This document shows, piece by piece, positions 47,336 to 57,261 of a stretch of 64,000 bases of DNA. The position numbers and the translations under genes are program-made. The notes beneath the pieces were generated by a model. That model saw only the letters and a list, made by a program, of their open reading frames with translations, ran no database searches and had not been told where the DNA came from. Position 1 is the stretch's first letter. The number at the start of each line of letters is the position of its first letter. Source of the DNA: an uncultured Gemmatimonadaceae bacterium (GTDB lineage Bacteria > Gemmatimonadota > Gemmatimonadetes > Gemmatimonadales > Gemmatimonadaceae); the NCBI GenBank assembly GCA_963817955.1, contig CAWFQK010000003.1, forward strand, positions 210,200 through 274,199, written 5' to 3'.

Positions 47336-48753
47336 GGCTGGATGCCGGTCGGTGGCTTCGCGGAGCGCTCGTCATGCAACGTTGTTTGGCGAACGATGGA
47401 GTCGGCCGGCGCAGCCGCGGTGCGGGTAGCGCACAGCGTCGTGACCGAAGCGAGTTGCCGTGACACGGCCGTGTCCGACACTACGGTCGGTGCAAGATCA
47501 GCAGACAAGACCCCGCAGGCTGCGGTCGTATCGGCGCCGTCAAGCTGCGCCAGCGCCGTAAGGAGCAGCGCACGCGTGTGCATGAACCCCGGTGGCGTGG
47601 CTTCCGAGAGCTTTGTGAGCTGCATGATCGCCGTTGAGCGATCACCGCGAGACAGCGCAAGTTGACCAATCCGGAGCAGGGCATCGTTCAGATACCTCGA
47701 CGTGGGATAGGTCGCCACCAGATTGAGCAGATCGTGCTCGGCGTCGGTCGCGGTCTCCGCCGTGGTCGCGCGCCAATACAACGCCGCGTCCGGCGCGGTG
47801 GGAGTCCGCTTGGGCCAGAACGCGACAGCGGCGGTGCCGACCGCCGCAAGGACGATGAGTGCGGCGATCGTTGCGGCTTTCCGGCCCCACCCTTTGCTTC
47901 CTACGCTCTTTGCCGTGCTGACGTTCGCGTTCACCTCGGCGTCCTCACCGCGCAGTGCCGCGACGGCCTTGCGCACATGCTCGGGCTCGATGTCACGCGT
48001 CTGTACCGCATAACCGGCGAGGAGCGCCCGGTCGCAGATCAGATTGATCAGGCGAGGAACGCCGTGCGACGCGCGATAGATCTCTGACACCGCCCGTTGG
48101 CTGAAGCGAATCTGTCCGCGCGCACCGGCAACGTTCAGCCGGTGATGCATGTACCGGTCGGTCTCTTGCTCGTCGAGATCGTTGAGGGTGCAACGGATGG
48201 ACACACGCTGATCGAGCTGCGACATCTGAGGCGTGCGGATCTTGTCGAGCAGCTCGGGCTGGCCGACCAGCACGATCTGGATCAGCTTCTCCTGGTCGGT
48301 TTCCAGATTCGACAACACGCGAATCTGCTCGAGGAACTCCGACGTGAGATGCTGGGCCTCGTCGAAGATGGCTACGCAGCTCTTGCCCAACGCCAACTGC
48401 GCGAGCAGGAACTGGTTGAGACGGTCGAGCAGGTCCTTGCGCGTGCCGCCGGATGGCGCACTGATGCCGAACTCCGTGAGCAGCGCGGCGAGCATCTCGC
48501 TTCCGTTCAGGAACGGGTTGAAGATCAGCGCCGACTGGGTTTTCGAACTGTCGAGCTTCTCGATCAGATCGCGACAGAGCGTCGTCTTACCCGTGCCGGG
48601 CTGGCCGGTCACGAGCATGAAGCCCTCGCGGTTGTTGATGCCGTACAGGAGCTGTCCTTCCGCCTCGCGATACTGTTGCGAGTAGAAGACGAACCGCGGA
48701 TTGGGCGTGAGCGAGAATGGCTTGTCGGTCAGGCTATAAAACTTTTCGTACAT
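47332..48753 (-). CDS. ExeA/GspA/MshM-family AAA ATPase with TM helix and C-terminal TPR-like region
   Basis: MYEKFYSL..KPFSLTPNP, GQPGTGKT, FDEAQHL, LVGQPEL, GVPRLIN.ICDRALL. Confidence 0.9.
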   Translation of the reverse strand: MYEKFYSLTDKPFSLTPNPRFVFYSQQYREAEGQLLYGINNREGFMLVTGQPGTGKTTLCRDLIEKLDSSKTQSALIFNPFLNGSEMLAALLTEFGISAPSGGTRKDLLDRLNQFLLAQLALGKSCVAIFDEAQHLTSEFLEQIRVLSNLETDQEKLIQIVLVGQPELLDKIRTPQMSQLDQRVSIRCTLNDLDEQETDRYMHHRLNVAGARGQIRFSQRAVSEIYRASHGVPRLINLICDRALLAGYAVQTRDIEPEHVRKAVAALRGEDAEVNANVSTAKSVGSKGWGRKAATIAALIVLAAVGTAAVAFWPKRTPTAPDAALYWRATTAETATDAEHDLLNLVATYPTSRYLNDALLRIGQLALSRGDRSTAIMQLTKLSEATPPGFMHTRALLLTALAQLDGADTTAACGVLSADLAPTVVSDTAVSRQLASVTTLCATRTAAAPADSIVRQTTLHDERSAKPPTGIQP

Positions 48754-48754
48754 G

Positions 48755-50491
48755 TCAGCGTCCCCCGCCTATCGACACCGGCTGCCCGCTGATGATCGTG
48801 GGTGTGAGAAACACTACGAGCTCCGAACGGGTTTCCGTGGTGTTGATCCGCTGGAACACCTTGCCGATCAACGGGAGGTCCTTGAGTACTGGAATGCCGC
48901 TCACTGTGTTTTCCTTGCGCGTCTGCACCAGGCCACCAATGATCATCGTTTCTCCGGCGCGAAGCCGTGCGATGGTGTCGCCTTCGCGGCGGGCAATCAC
49001 CGGCGCGCTCGCCGAGGTTCCATCCGAGGTGGTGATGGTCGCGATGTGATCGATGTTCGTCACCGCCGGGCGAATGTTCATCGTCAGCACGTTGTCCGCC
49101 GAGATCTGCGGCAGCACGTCGAGCACCACGCCCACCGAGATCTGCTGCGGAATGATCTGGCTTTCGATGCTCACCACGCCGCCGTTTGCGCCGAAGAGCG
49201 GCGTGCGCGTCACCGAGAAGAAGACTTCGTCGGTGGTGACATTGAAGATGGCGCGCTGGTTGTTGAGTGCCGTCGTCTGCTCGTTGGAGAGCACGTTCAC
49301 TGTGCCCTGCGTCGAGAGCGCCGTGAGCACCGCGTTCACCTGTGTCGCACCGTTCTGCAGCGTGAAATTGACGGTACCGGCGTTGCCGGTGGTCTGCACC
49401 GATGGGTCGCTGCGCAGCGTGACGCCAGACGTGCCGGCGGCGGTGCTCGTCACCACGCTCCAGTCGACACCGTACTGGAATGTGTTCGACAGACTCACCT
49501 CGACGATCTTTGCTTCGATGAGTACCTGACGCAGCACTGACGATTGGAACTGGTTGATGAACGATTCTACGGCGGCGAGCTTGTCCGGCATGGCCGTGAC
49601 ATTGATCAGCCCTGACATGGGACTGATCACGAGGCTCGAGCCATCGCCAAAGGGGGTGCTCGATGCCCCGGCGCCAACGCCGCCGCCCGCCGCCGACTGC
49701 ACCGTCGCAGGCGGTGCGTTCGGAGTGCCTGCGGCGCGTTCGGCCTGCTGGCCGGCCTGCATGATCCCAGTGAGTGAGACCTTGATTTCCTGCCAGATGT
49801 CGGCCACGGATTGCGCCGACAGGACGTCACCGCCGCCGGCACCACCGGCGATCGCGCCGGCCGCGCTGGTGCTCAGGCCCGACGCCGTTCCCACCACCGG
49901 CCCCGCCCCACCGCTCGACAACCGGCGCTGTACGACGGTGCTCATGGTGCCGACGCGTGACAGCGCGACGTAGTCCAGTGTGAACGTCTTCGTTTGCATG
50001 CGAACGGGAACCACTCGAAGCACGCTGCCCTGCAGTTGGTAGGCGTACCCGTTCCGTGACACAAGTTCCTTGAGGGCATCATCGAGCGTCACGTTTCGCA
50101 GTTTCAGGTCACCGTTTGCCGTGCCACGAACTTCAGGATCGACGTTCACGGTAAGACCGAGCTGTGAGCCTATCTGCGATACAGCCGTGGCGATCGGCGT
50201 GCCGCTTGGAACGTCGATCACGCGAATGCGCGCCACAGGAGCCCCCGAAACCGCCGGCTGCTGCGTTCCAGGGAGCTGTGGCAGGGTGGTCGGCGTGTTC
50301 GGTTCGAGCGTGCCTGCGGCTGGCGCCGGACTCAAAGGAACACCGGCCTGCGCCGGCTGTGCGGCTGGTTCCGTGTGCACCGAGGTGCGCACTTGTGGAA
50401 CACCACCGCCGCTGGCGCACGCAGTGAGCAGAACGACGACTCCCACAGCCGCCAGGTGCGCGCGTGTGTTCCTACCGTTGCAGAGCGGCAT
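48755..50491 (-). CDS. mshL: Secretin, MshL-type (lipoprotein)
   Basis: Lipobox LTAC, STN domain, TKTFTLDY (MshL N-domain), QVLIEAKIVEV, GIPVLKDLPLIGKVF, ELVVFLTP. Confidence 0.88.
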   Translation of the reverse strand: MPLCNGRNTRAHLAAVGVVVLLTACASGGGVPQVRTSVHTEPAAQPAQAGVPLSPAPAAGTLEPNTPTTLPQLPGTQQPAVSGAPVARIRVIDVPSGTPIATAVSQIGSQLGLTVNVDPEVRGTANGDLKLRNVTLDDALKELVSRNGYAYQLQGSVLRVVPVRMQTKTFTLDYVALSRVGTMSTVVQRRLSSGGAGPVVGTASGLSTSAAGAIAGGAGGGDVLSAQSVADIWQEIKVSLTGIMQAGQQAERAAGTPNAPPATVQSAAGGGVGAGASSTPFGDGSSLVISPMSGLINVTAMPDKLAAVESFINQFQSSVLRQVLIEAKIVEVSLSNTFQYGVDWSVVTSTAAGTSGVTLRSDPSVQTTGNAGTVNFTLQNGATQVNAVLTALSTQGTVNVLSNEQTTALNNQRAIFNVTTDEVFFSVTRTPLFGANGGVVSIESQIIPQQISVGVVLDVLPQISADNVLTMNIRPAVTNIDHIATITTSDGTSASAPVIARREGDTIARLRAGETMIIGGLVQTRKENTVSGIPVLKDLPLIGKVFQRINTTETRSELVVFLTPTIISGQPVSIGGGR

Positions 50492-51000
50492 CAGCCGTCT
50501 CCCTCCTTGACCGCGATTATGTGCGAGGCGCCCTGCGCGTCAGTCACCACGACGCGATCACGCTCGACCGACGTGAGCTTCCCTCCGCCCGGCAGCCGAT
50601 CACCTACGTAAATGAGGATATCGTTGATCACGGCCGCGCGGTGCGTACCTGCCACGAGCGTCGCCGATACGCGCCAGTGTTCGCCTTCGACCACCGCTGG
50701 TCGCGGCGCCGCATCACCAGAGTGCCGCGATTGAGCTACTGCCACGGCTTGCGCCGCGAATGGATCATGTCGCAGCACGATACTGTCGCTGGAGGCAAGC
50801 GCAAAACTGCTGCTGTCGGCCATCGGCGCCATCGGCGCCGTATAGGGCATGAATTGACTCAACTGCGGATGCGGAGGAGGTGCGCCGGCGAGGCCAGACT
50901 GTCGCGAACCCGTGCCATTGAGCGACCACCATCCAATGAAACCGATCGCCGCGACTACGCCGCCGACGAGTCCGATCCAGCGATGGATGTTCTTATCCAT
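50491..51000 (-). CDS. PilP/MshK-like protein
   Basis: TM anchor, RHDPF, VSATL....AAVIND...GD.L. Confidence 0.65.
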   Translation of the reverse strand: MDKNIHRWIGLVGGVVAAIGFIGWWSLNGTGSRQSGLAGAPPPHPQLSQFMPYTAPMAPMADSSSFALASSDSIVLRHDPFAAQAVAVAQSRHSGDAAPRPAVVEGEHWRVSATLVAGTHRAAVINDILIYVGDRLPGGGKLTSVERDRVVVTDAQGASHIIAVKEGDG

Positions 51001-51583
51001 GCTGGTTCACCCCGACGGTTTCAAAGACAGCAAAGGTGAGACTGTACTGCGTTCCGCTCTTCGTGCGAATCGCGACCAGGCGCTGCAGCGCGATTGACGG
51101 CGGTAACTGATTGATGAGGGACAACACGGCTCCGAAACTGCCGGAGCACTCGAGAGCCAACGAATAGTCTGCGAGCGCAACAGCGCGGTTCGTCATGTCC
51201 GGCTTCGCTGGAGGTGCGGCGCTGTCCGGACCTGCGAACCTCACGCGCACACCGGACAATCCCCGTCGCTCGGCGCCCGATGCGAGTTGCTCGGCGAGCG
51301 AAACACGCAGGTCATGTGCGACGCCGACCTGCAGATCGTCCGGCAAGCGCGCGTCGGCGTCTTCCTGCGGGGTCAGTGGCTGGAACGCCGAGCGGAAGGT
51401 GGAAATCTCTGTCTCCACCACGCGAAGCGTAGAGATGTCCGTGCGGATCGGCAGGAGCCGGCGGCGCGCCGCCAAACCCAATCCAACAAAGACGAACAAT
51501 GCGAGCAACGCCACGCCGAGCACTTCGCTCCGCAGGCGATGCTGGCGCATTGCCGCTCGCACATCAGCCATGGTCACGGCCAT
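50993..51583 (-). CDS. PilO/MshJ-like inner-membrane alignment protein
   Basis: TM helix, coiled coil, GSFGAVLSLINQL ferredoxin-like motif; position in operon. Confidence 0.65.
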   Translation of the reverse strand: MAVTMADVRAAMRQHRLRSEVLGVALLALFVFVGLGLAARRRLLPIRTDISTLRVVETEISTFRSAFQPLTPQEDADARLPDDLQVGVAHDLRVSLAEQLASGAERRGLSGVRVRFAGPDSAAPPAKPDMTNRAVALADYSLALECSGSFGAVLSLINQLPPSIALQRLVAIRTKSGTQYSLTFAVFETVGVNQHG

Positions 51584-53076
51584 CAGCGTGCCGCCTCCGG
51601 TTTCGGCGCCATGGAGAACGACAGATGGAACTGGATCACCACTGGTGCGGCGGACGCGCTGTGCGTCGAGTCCTCGACCGCGGCAGCGGCGGGATAGTCG
51701 AAATGGTCGAGCGTTGGCACGGCGATCCCAGGCCGCGAACGCACCGACTGATAGAAGGTGTCGAAGCCGCGAACCGCCTGCGCTGCAGAACCACCGGCGG
51801 ATTGACCGCCGATCGCGGCGGACCAGCCCGTTGGAGTTCGCGAGACGCGCACACTGTCGAACCGGACGCCGGCCGGCAGGCCTTCAGCAAGAGCTTGCAG
51901 CGTAGTGGTCAGCATGCGCCGCTCGTCGTGAGCACCGCGAAGGAACGCCATCTGCCGCGCGAAATCCGCACGACGCTCTGCGACCAAACGCATTGGTTCT
52001 ACCGCCGGCACTCCTGCGGCTATGGCCTTCTGCACTGTCGCCAACTCGCTCCGCGCGCCAGCGAGCGTGGTGAACTGCAGCACCGCCCACATGCCGGCGA
52101 TCGCTGCGGCAGTAGCCGCGGCGGCGGCAATCGCGTTTGGGCCGCGAAGCATGGCGCCGACGCGTTTGACCACCGTTGGGGCATGCGGAAAAAGATCCAA
52201 CGGCGTCTGGCGCTGCGCTTCCAGCACTGCGCCCATGGCGACCGCCACCTCAGGCGACGTGGCTCCCGCGAACAGCGGCTTCACGCGCACGCCGAGTCGC
52301 TGTTCGAGCGCGGCTCCGAGCTCGTCATACTCGTCGTCGGGGGCGGAGAGCAGCAGGCGCGTGGCGGTTGCGCCGCGAAACTGCTGCCGGAAGTACACCA
52401 CGCCGCGATCGACTTGATCGAGGATCATCGATACGGGCGGACGTTCCCCTTCGAGCGCGATGGGCGGATCGATTGCCAGCTCGAGCCGGCCGCCCAGGAA
52501 GAATGCGAGGTGCGGCCCGCCTTCGAGGCAGACGAGCACCGCTGTTGGTTCCAGTGCGCCGCCGGTGGCTTCGTACAGGCTGTGAATGGCCTTTGGTACG
52601 ACGGTCGCAATCTCAATCTCGATGTGCTGCGGAGTCAGTTTGTCGCGCAGCGCATCAACTACGTCGCGAGGAGCACCGCCGATGAACACTTGCCGGGGCG
52701 CCGCATCGTTGGTGTCGCGTTGCTTGGGTTCATCGGGCTCGCTCCGCGTGAACGCAATGACTGGATCGGGCACGCCGAACACGCGCTGCACCTCGCGGCG
52801 AATCACCGGCTGCAGCACCTCGTCCGCTGCACCGGGGAGTGTCATCACGTGGTGGAATACGCCGAACTGCTCCACGGCAATGGCGATCTTGGCTCGCGTG
52901 ACATTGCGCGATGCCAGGAGCGCCAGGAGCCGGTCGAGCGCCTCGTCGATCGACGTCGATCGCCCGCGGTCCATCCAGTGTTCGAGAATGCGAGTGCCCG
53001 TGCGCTCGGCATGGTACTCCACCAGGCAGACGCCGTCGAACGCGATCAGCGCGCCAAACCTCCGAATTGCGCTCAT
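51583..53076 (-). CDS. PilM-PilN fusion (MshI/GspL-like)
   Basis: Actin-like cytoplasmic domain, LDLFP (PilN N-terminal motif-like), TM helix, coiled coil, LPAGVRF PilN-like periplasmic domain. Confidence 0.7.
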   Translation of the reverse strand: MSAIRRFGALIAFDGVCLVEYHAERTGTRILEHWMDRGRSTSIDEALDRLLALLASRNVTRAKIAIAVEQFGVFHHVMTLPGAADEVLQPVIRREVQRVFGVPDPVIAFTRSEPDEPKQRDTNDAAPRQVFIGGAPRDVVDALRDKLTPQHIEIEIATVVPKAIHSLYEATGGALEPTAVLVCLEGGPHLAFFLGGRLELAIDPPIALEGERPPVSMILDQVDRGVVYFRQQFRGATATRLLLSAPDDEYDELGAALEQRLGVRVKPLFAGATSPEVAVAMGAVLEAQRQTPLDLFPHAPTVVKRVGAMLRGPNAIAAAAATAAAIAGMWAVLQFTTLAGARSELATVQKAIAAGVPAVEPMRLVAERRADFARQMAFLRGAHDERRMLTTTLQALAEGLPAGVRFDSVRVSRTPTGWSAAIGGQSAGGSAAQAVRGFDTFYQSVRSRPGIAVPTLDHFDYPAAAAVEDSTHSASAAPVVIQFHLSFSMAPKPEAAR

Positions 53077-54287
53077 CGGTGGCCGATCGAGTTGTAGATG
53101 TTCAGGATCGGCAGAATGATCGCCAGCGCCACGGTCAAGATGACACCGCCAATGAGCGCGATCAGCGCTGGCTGCAGCAACGTGATCATCCGCCGCACCG
53201 CTGCGGGAATCTCGCGGGCGTAATAGTCCTTGGTGCGGGCGAGCGCGTTGTCCAGGTTACCCGTGGCCTCGCCCAGGGCGACAGCGCGCAGCACGACGTT
53301 TGGAAACAACGGGGATTGGCCGAGGGCGGCGGCGAGTGAAATACCTTGCGTCACCTGGTCGCGCGCGTTGCCAACAGCCAGCGCGACCGACTTGTTCGTG
53401 ATGATGCGTTCGACGATCGTCATCGAGAGCACGAGGTCGACACCGGTGCGGTAGAAGAGACTGAGATACGTGACGACGCGCGCCATGTTGACGTCGCGAA
53501 TCAATACGCCGAAAATCGGAAGCCGCAGAACCAGGCGATCGACGAACAGCCGCCCACGTTCCGTCCGCCGAGCGAAGTAGATGATCAATACAAGCGCGTT
53601 GAAGGTGAGCAACGTCGCCAGCCAATCCTTGCGGACGATGTTCGACGTGAACAGGATCACTTGGGTCGGTAGCGGCAGCGCTTGTTTGGAGTTCTGCACG
53701 AGCGGCAGAATGCGCGGAAACACGAACGCCAGCAATCCGATGACGAGCAGGATGACGGCGCCGACGACGACCAACGGATACATCGTCGCCTGTGTGAGCT
53801 GGGAATTGATCGTCTCCTGCCAGTCCATGTACTCGACGAGTTGCCGCAACGCGTATCCCAGCTCACCACTCGCCTCGCCGGCGCGGATGGTGCCGACGCA
53901 TAACTCCGGAAAGGCGATCGGATGTTCGCCCATGGCGGCAGAGAGACTCTGTCCCTCGTCGGATACGGCGTACCGCACCTCGCCGATGATGATGCGCAGA
54001 CGCTTGGAGCTGAGCCGGTTGGCGACGTCGTCGAGCGATTCGAGAATTGGAATGCCGACGTCGAACGAACCAGCGACGTACTCCAAGAAGGCGAGCAGCT
54101 CTTTTCGCTCGATCTTTCCATCTGTGATCTTGCGGACCACGGCCGGCTTGTCGCGCATCTCGGCACGAATGAGAAAGGCCCCGCGTTGGCGGAGCTGATC
54201 CTCGATCACGGTCTCATTCGGGGCAGTGAGATACCCCTCCTGCACCGCTCCCGTGTCTGTGAGTGCGCTATACCAGAAATCCGGCAA
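53073..54287 (-). CDS. pilC: Type II secretion/T4P platform protein (PilC/GspF/MshG)
   Basis: GIPILESL, AGEASGEL, MYP, LPLPTQ, LPIFG, GEATGNLD; TTG start. Confidence 0.92.
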   Translation of the reverse strand: MPDFWYSALTDTGAVQEGYLTAPNETVIEDQLRQRGAFLIRAEMRDKPAVVRKITDGKIERKELLAFLEYVAGSFDVGIPILESLDDVANRLSSKRLRIIIGEVRYAVSDEGQSLSAAMGEHPIAFPELCVGTIRAGEASGELGYALRQLVEYMDWQETINSQLTQATMYPLVVVGAVILLVIGLLAFVFPRILPLVQNSKQALPLPTQVILFTSNIVRKDWLATLLTFNALVLIIYFARRTERGRLFVDRLVLRLPIFGVLIRDVNMARVVTYLSLFYRTGVDLVLSMTIVERIITNKSVALAVGNARDQVTQGISLAAALGQSPLFPNVVLRAVALGEATGNLDNALARTKDYYAREIPAAVRRMITLLQPALIALIGGVILTVALAIILPILNIYNSIGHR

Positions 54288-54304
54288 GTATGCTCTCGGG
54301 TCGC

Positions 54305-56011
54305 CTAGGCGGTCACACGCAATACCTCATCGAGCGTCGTAATGCCCGCCCGAACCTTGTCCACGCCGTCGTCCATGAGGGTTGGACGAGCGGCGATCCG
54401 CCGAATCTCGTCCGATGACTTCCTCTCATATATGGCAGAGACGATTGCCTCGTCGATCGGCAAAAATTCGAAGATGCCGATGCGGCCACGGAAGCCGGTG
54501 TTACGGCAGAGGTTACATCCCGCTCCGCGATACACCGTCGAGCCCTCGAGCCGAAAGCGCTTTCGAACCGCATCCGGGATGTCCGCCGGCGTCTTACAGT
54601 CGCTGCAAAGGCTGCGAACCAGTCGCTGTGAGGCGATCAACGAAATGGCTGATGCCACGATGAATGGTTCGGCTCCCATGTCGAGGAGGCGCGGGATGGC
54701 TCCCGCGGCAGTCGTCGTGTGCAGCGTCGTCAGGACCAAGTGGCCGGTGAGCGCCGCGCTCAGCGCGATCTGCACCGTTTCTTGATCGCGCATTTCACCC
54801 ACCAAAATGACGTCGGGGTCGTGGCGGAGTATCGACCGCAAGCCTGACGCGAAGGTCAATCCGGCGCGCACGTTGATCTGTGACTGCCGGATCCGTTCGA
54901 CCTCGTACTCCACCGGATCCTCGAGCGTGATGAGGCAGCGATCGCCGGTGTTCATTTCCAGCAACGCGGAATAGAGCGTCGTGGTCTTTCCGGAGCCCGT
55001 CGGGCCGGTGACGGGGAGCAGGCCAAACGGCTTGTCCAGGGCGTCGCGAAGCAGCTTGATGTCCGCGGAATTGATCCCCAAGACCTCGAGCTTGAGGTTC
55101 ACGCGGCTGCGGTCGAGGATACGAAGTACTGTGTCCTCGCCGTACACCGTTGGGAACGTCGAGACTCGGAGATCGATGGCTCGCCCGTCAACCCGCGATC
55201 GAACCCGGCCGTCCTGGGGCAGGCGGCTCTCAGCGATATCGAGGCTGGAGAGAATCTTGATGCGACTGAGGAGTGCCGCCTGGAGGGCCTTGGGATACGC
55301 TGGACCGTTCTGAAGCAGACCGTCTACGCGATAGCGTATCTGAACGATCTCTTCCAATGGCTCAATGTGAATGTCCGTCGCGCCGAGCAGTACGCCACGA
55401 CGAATGATGTCGTCGGCCAGCTCCGCCGCGGTCATCCCGTCGTCGGTGGAAAGCGGCGCGTTGGCCGGCCGGGGCGGCGCCACGGCGGCCGAGCGGCCAG
55501 CGTTTGCCGACCAGGTCGCTTTGGCTCGGGTTGCGGCCTCAGCGCCAGTTGCGACCGATCCGAGGGATGCCCGCATGTCGGCGCCGCCATAAACCGTTTC
55601 CACGAGCGCGGCGATCTCGCCAGGATCGGCTGCGGCGACGCGAATGTGCTTGCCCGTCGACCGTTCGAGCGAGCGGATGGCGCCGACGTCGAACGGGTTG
55701 CCCATGGCAACGAGTAGCGCGTGCGCTTCCATGCGGAGCGGCACGAAATTGTGCGATCGGGCCACCGGCGCCGCGACGAGACCGACGACCATGGGATCGA
55801 CGATGAGCTCGCGTGGCTCGAGGAACGGAATGTCGGCGTCGGATGCGAGGGTCCGTAACAGATCGCGCTCGGTGATGAAGCCGAGACCGACAAGTGCCTC
55901 GCCGATTCGCTCCCCCGTGGTCAGCCGACGCTTCAAGGCCTCATCGAGTTGTGACTGAGTGATGAGGCCTGCATCGACAAGCGACTCGCCGAGCCGAATT
56001 CTGCGCGACAT
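54305..56011 (-). CDS. pilB: Pilus assembly ATPase PilB/GspE/MshE with MshEN domain
   Basis: RLGESLVDAGLI, ATDIHIEP, RLPQDGR, GPTGSGKT, LEDPVEY, DPDVILVGEMRD, tetra-Cys Zn motif. Confidence 0.95.
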   Translation of the reverse strand: MSRRIRLGESLVDAGLITQSQLDEALKRRLTTGERIGEALVGLGFITERDLLRTLASDADIPFLEPRELIVDPMVVGLVAAPVARSHNFVPLRMEAHALLVAMGNPFDVGAIRSLERSTGKHIRVAAADPGEIAALVETVYGGADMRASLGSVATGAEAATRAKATWSANAGRSAAVAPPRPANAPLSTDDGMTAAELADDIIRRGVLLGATDIHIEPLEEIVQIRYRVDGLLQNGPAYPKALQAALLSRIKILSSLDIAESRLPQDGRVRSRVDGRAIDLRVSTFPTVYGEDTVLRILDRSRVNLKLEVLGINSADIKLLRDALDKPFGLLPVTGPTGSGKTTTLYSALLEMNTGDRCLITLEDPVEYEVERIRQSQINVRAGLTFASGLRSILRHDPDVILVGEMRDQETVQIALSAALTGHLVLTTLHTTTAAGAIPRLLDMGAEPFIVASAISLIASQRLVRSLCSDCKTPADIPDAVRKRFRLEGSTVYRGAGCNLCRNTGFRGRIGIFEFLPIDEAIVSAIYERKSSDEIRRIAARPTLMDDGVDKVRAGITTLDEVLRVTA

Positions 56012-56199
56012 GGACTTTACCGTTCCGGGATCGACGGGTACGCGTCAGACGCGGTTGGCCGGCATCGGCCAACAACCCGTGGATCGGACTGGGGGGGATG
56101 ACTGTGGAGCGAGGAAGGCTTAAGACATCCAAATGTACGTGAAGGACGAAATGCCCGCCAATATGATACGCATATTTTCTCGCCCGGCGCCCCAACGCC

Positions 56200-57252
56200 T
56201 CACTTCCAGTCGGCGATGAACAAGTTGAGCTCGCCTTCCTTCGATGACCGGCCCGACGCCCAAATCAGTTGCTTGCCGTCAGGACTGAACATCGGAAAAC
56301 CATCGAACTCCGGGTGATCGGTTACTTGCTCGAGGTGGGAACCGTCGGCATCGACGAGATACAGCTCGAAGTTGCGGCTACGCGGGTTCTTGTAGTTCGA
56401 CGAGAAGATGATCCGGCGATCGTCTGGCGTGAAGTACGGCGCGAAGTTGGCGCCGCCAAGGTTCGTGATCTGGTGTTGGTCGCTGCCATCTGCGTTCATG
56501 ACCCAGATCTCCATGCGATTCGGACGCACGAGCCGTTGCCGCAGCAAGTCCTGGTAATTCGTCAGCGCCGTGTCGCTCGGGTGCCAGGCGCGATACACGA
56601 TCTTCTTGCCATCGTGCGACCAGAACGGTCCACCATCATACCCTTTGGCGGTGGTGAGCTGTTTCAGGTTGGTGCCGTCAACGCTCATGGTGTAGATGTC
56701 GAGGTCGCCACCTTTCAGCGACGTGAATACAATGGTCTGTCCGTCGGGTGAGAGTGTTCCTTCGGCTGTGTAGACACCGTAGTTCGTGAGCCGCTGGAGG
56801 TTGGATCCGTCTGGATTGGCCGTGTAGATGTCGTACGGGTCGAGGCCCCACACGTAGCCTTTGGAGGGATCGGGCTTCGGCGGACACGCCGTGTCGGCAG
56901 CGTGCGTGGAGCCGAAGAAGATCTTCTTGTCGGCATCAAAGAAATATCCGCATGTCGTCTTGCCGAATCCCGTGGAAACGCGGTGGACGTCGCTTCCGTC
57001 AACATTCATGACGTACTGTTGATCGCACGGCCGGCCGCCCCGCGTCGATTGAAAGATCAGCCGTTTGCCATCGTGGCTGAAATACGCCTCGGCGTTCTCA
57101 CCACCGAACGTGAGTTGCCGGATGTGGGCGAAGTGGTGCTCGTTCGTTTCGGGCGCGATGCTGACGCCCTCGCTGCGCGGCGCGGGGTGGGCACACGCAA
57201 AAACCGCCGCCGCGAGAGCAATCGCGACGGCGGTTGATGTGATTGGTCGCAT
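56200..57252 (-). CDS. TolB-like (PD40) beta-propeller lipoprotein
   Basis: Lipobox VFAC, RQLTFGGENAEAYFS, repeated SPDG/WSHDG motifs. Confidence 0.85.
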   Translation of the reverse strand: MRPITSTAVAIALAAAVFACAHPAPRSEGVSIAPETNEHHFAHIRQLTFGGENAEAYFSHDGKRLIFQSTRGGRPCDQQYVMNVDGSDVHRVSTGFGKTTCGYFFDADKKIFFGSTHAADTACPPKPDPSKGYVWGLDPYDIYTANPDGSNLQRLTNYGVYTAEGTLSPDGQTIVFTSLKGGDLDIYTMSVDGTNLKQLTTAKGYDGGPFWSHDGKKIVYRAWHPSDTALTNYQDLLRQRLVRPNRMEIWVMNADGSDQHQITNLGGANFAPYFTPDDRRIIFSSNYKNPRSRNFELYLVDADGSHLEQVTDHPEFDGFPMFSPDGKQLIWASGRSSKEGELNLFIADWK

Positions 57253-57261
57253 GTCGTGAAT

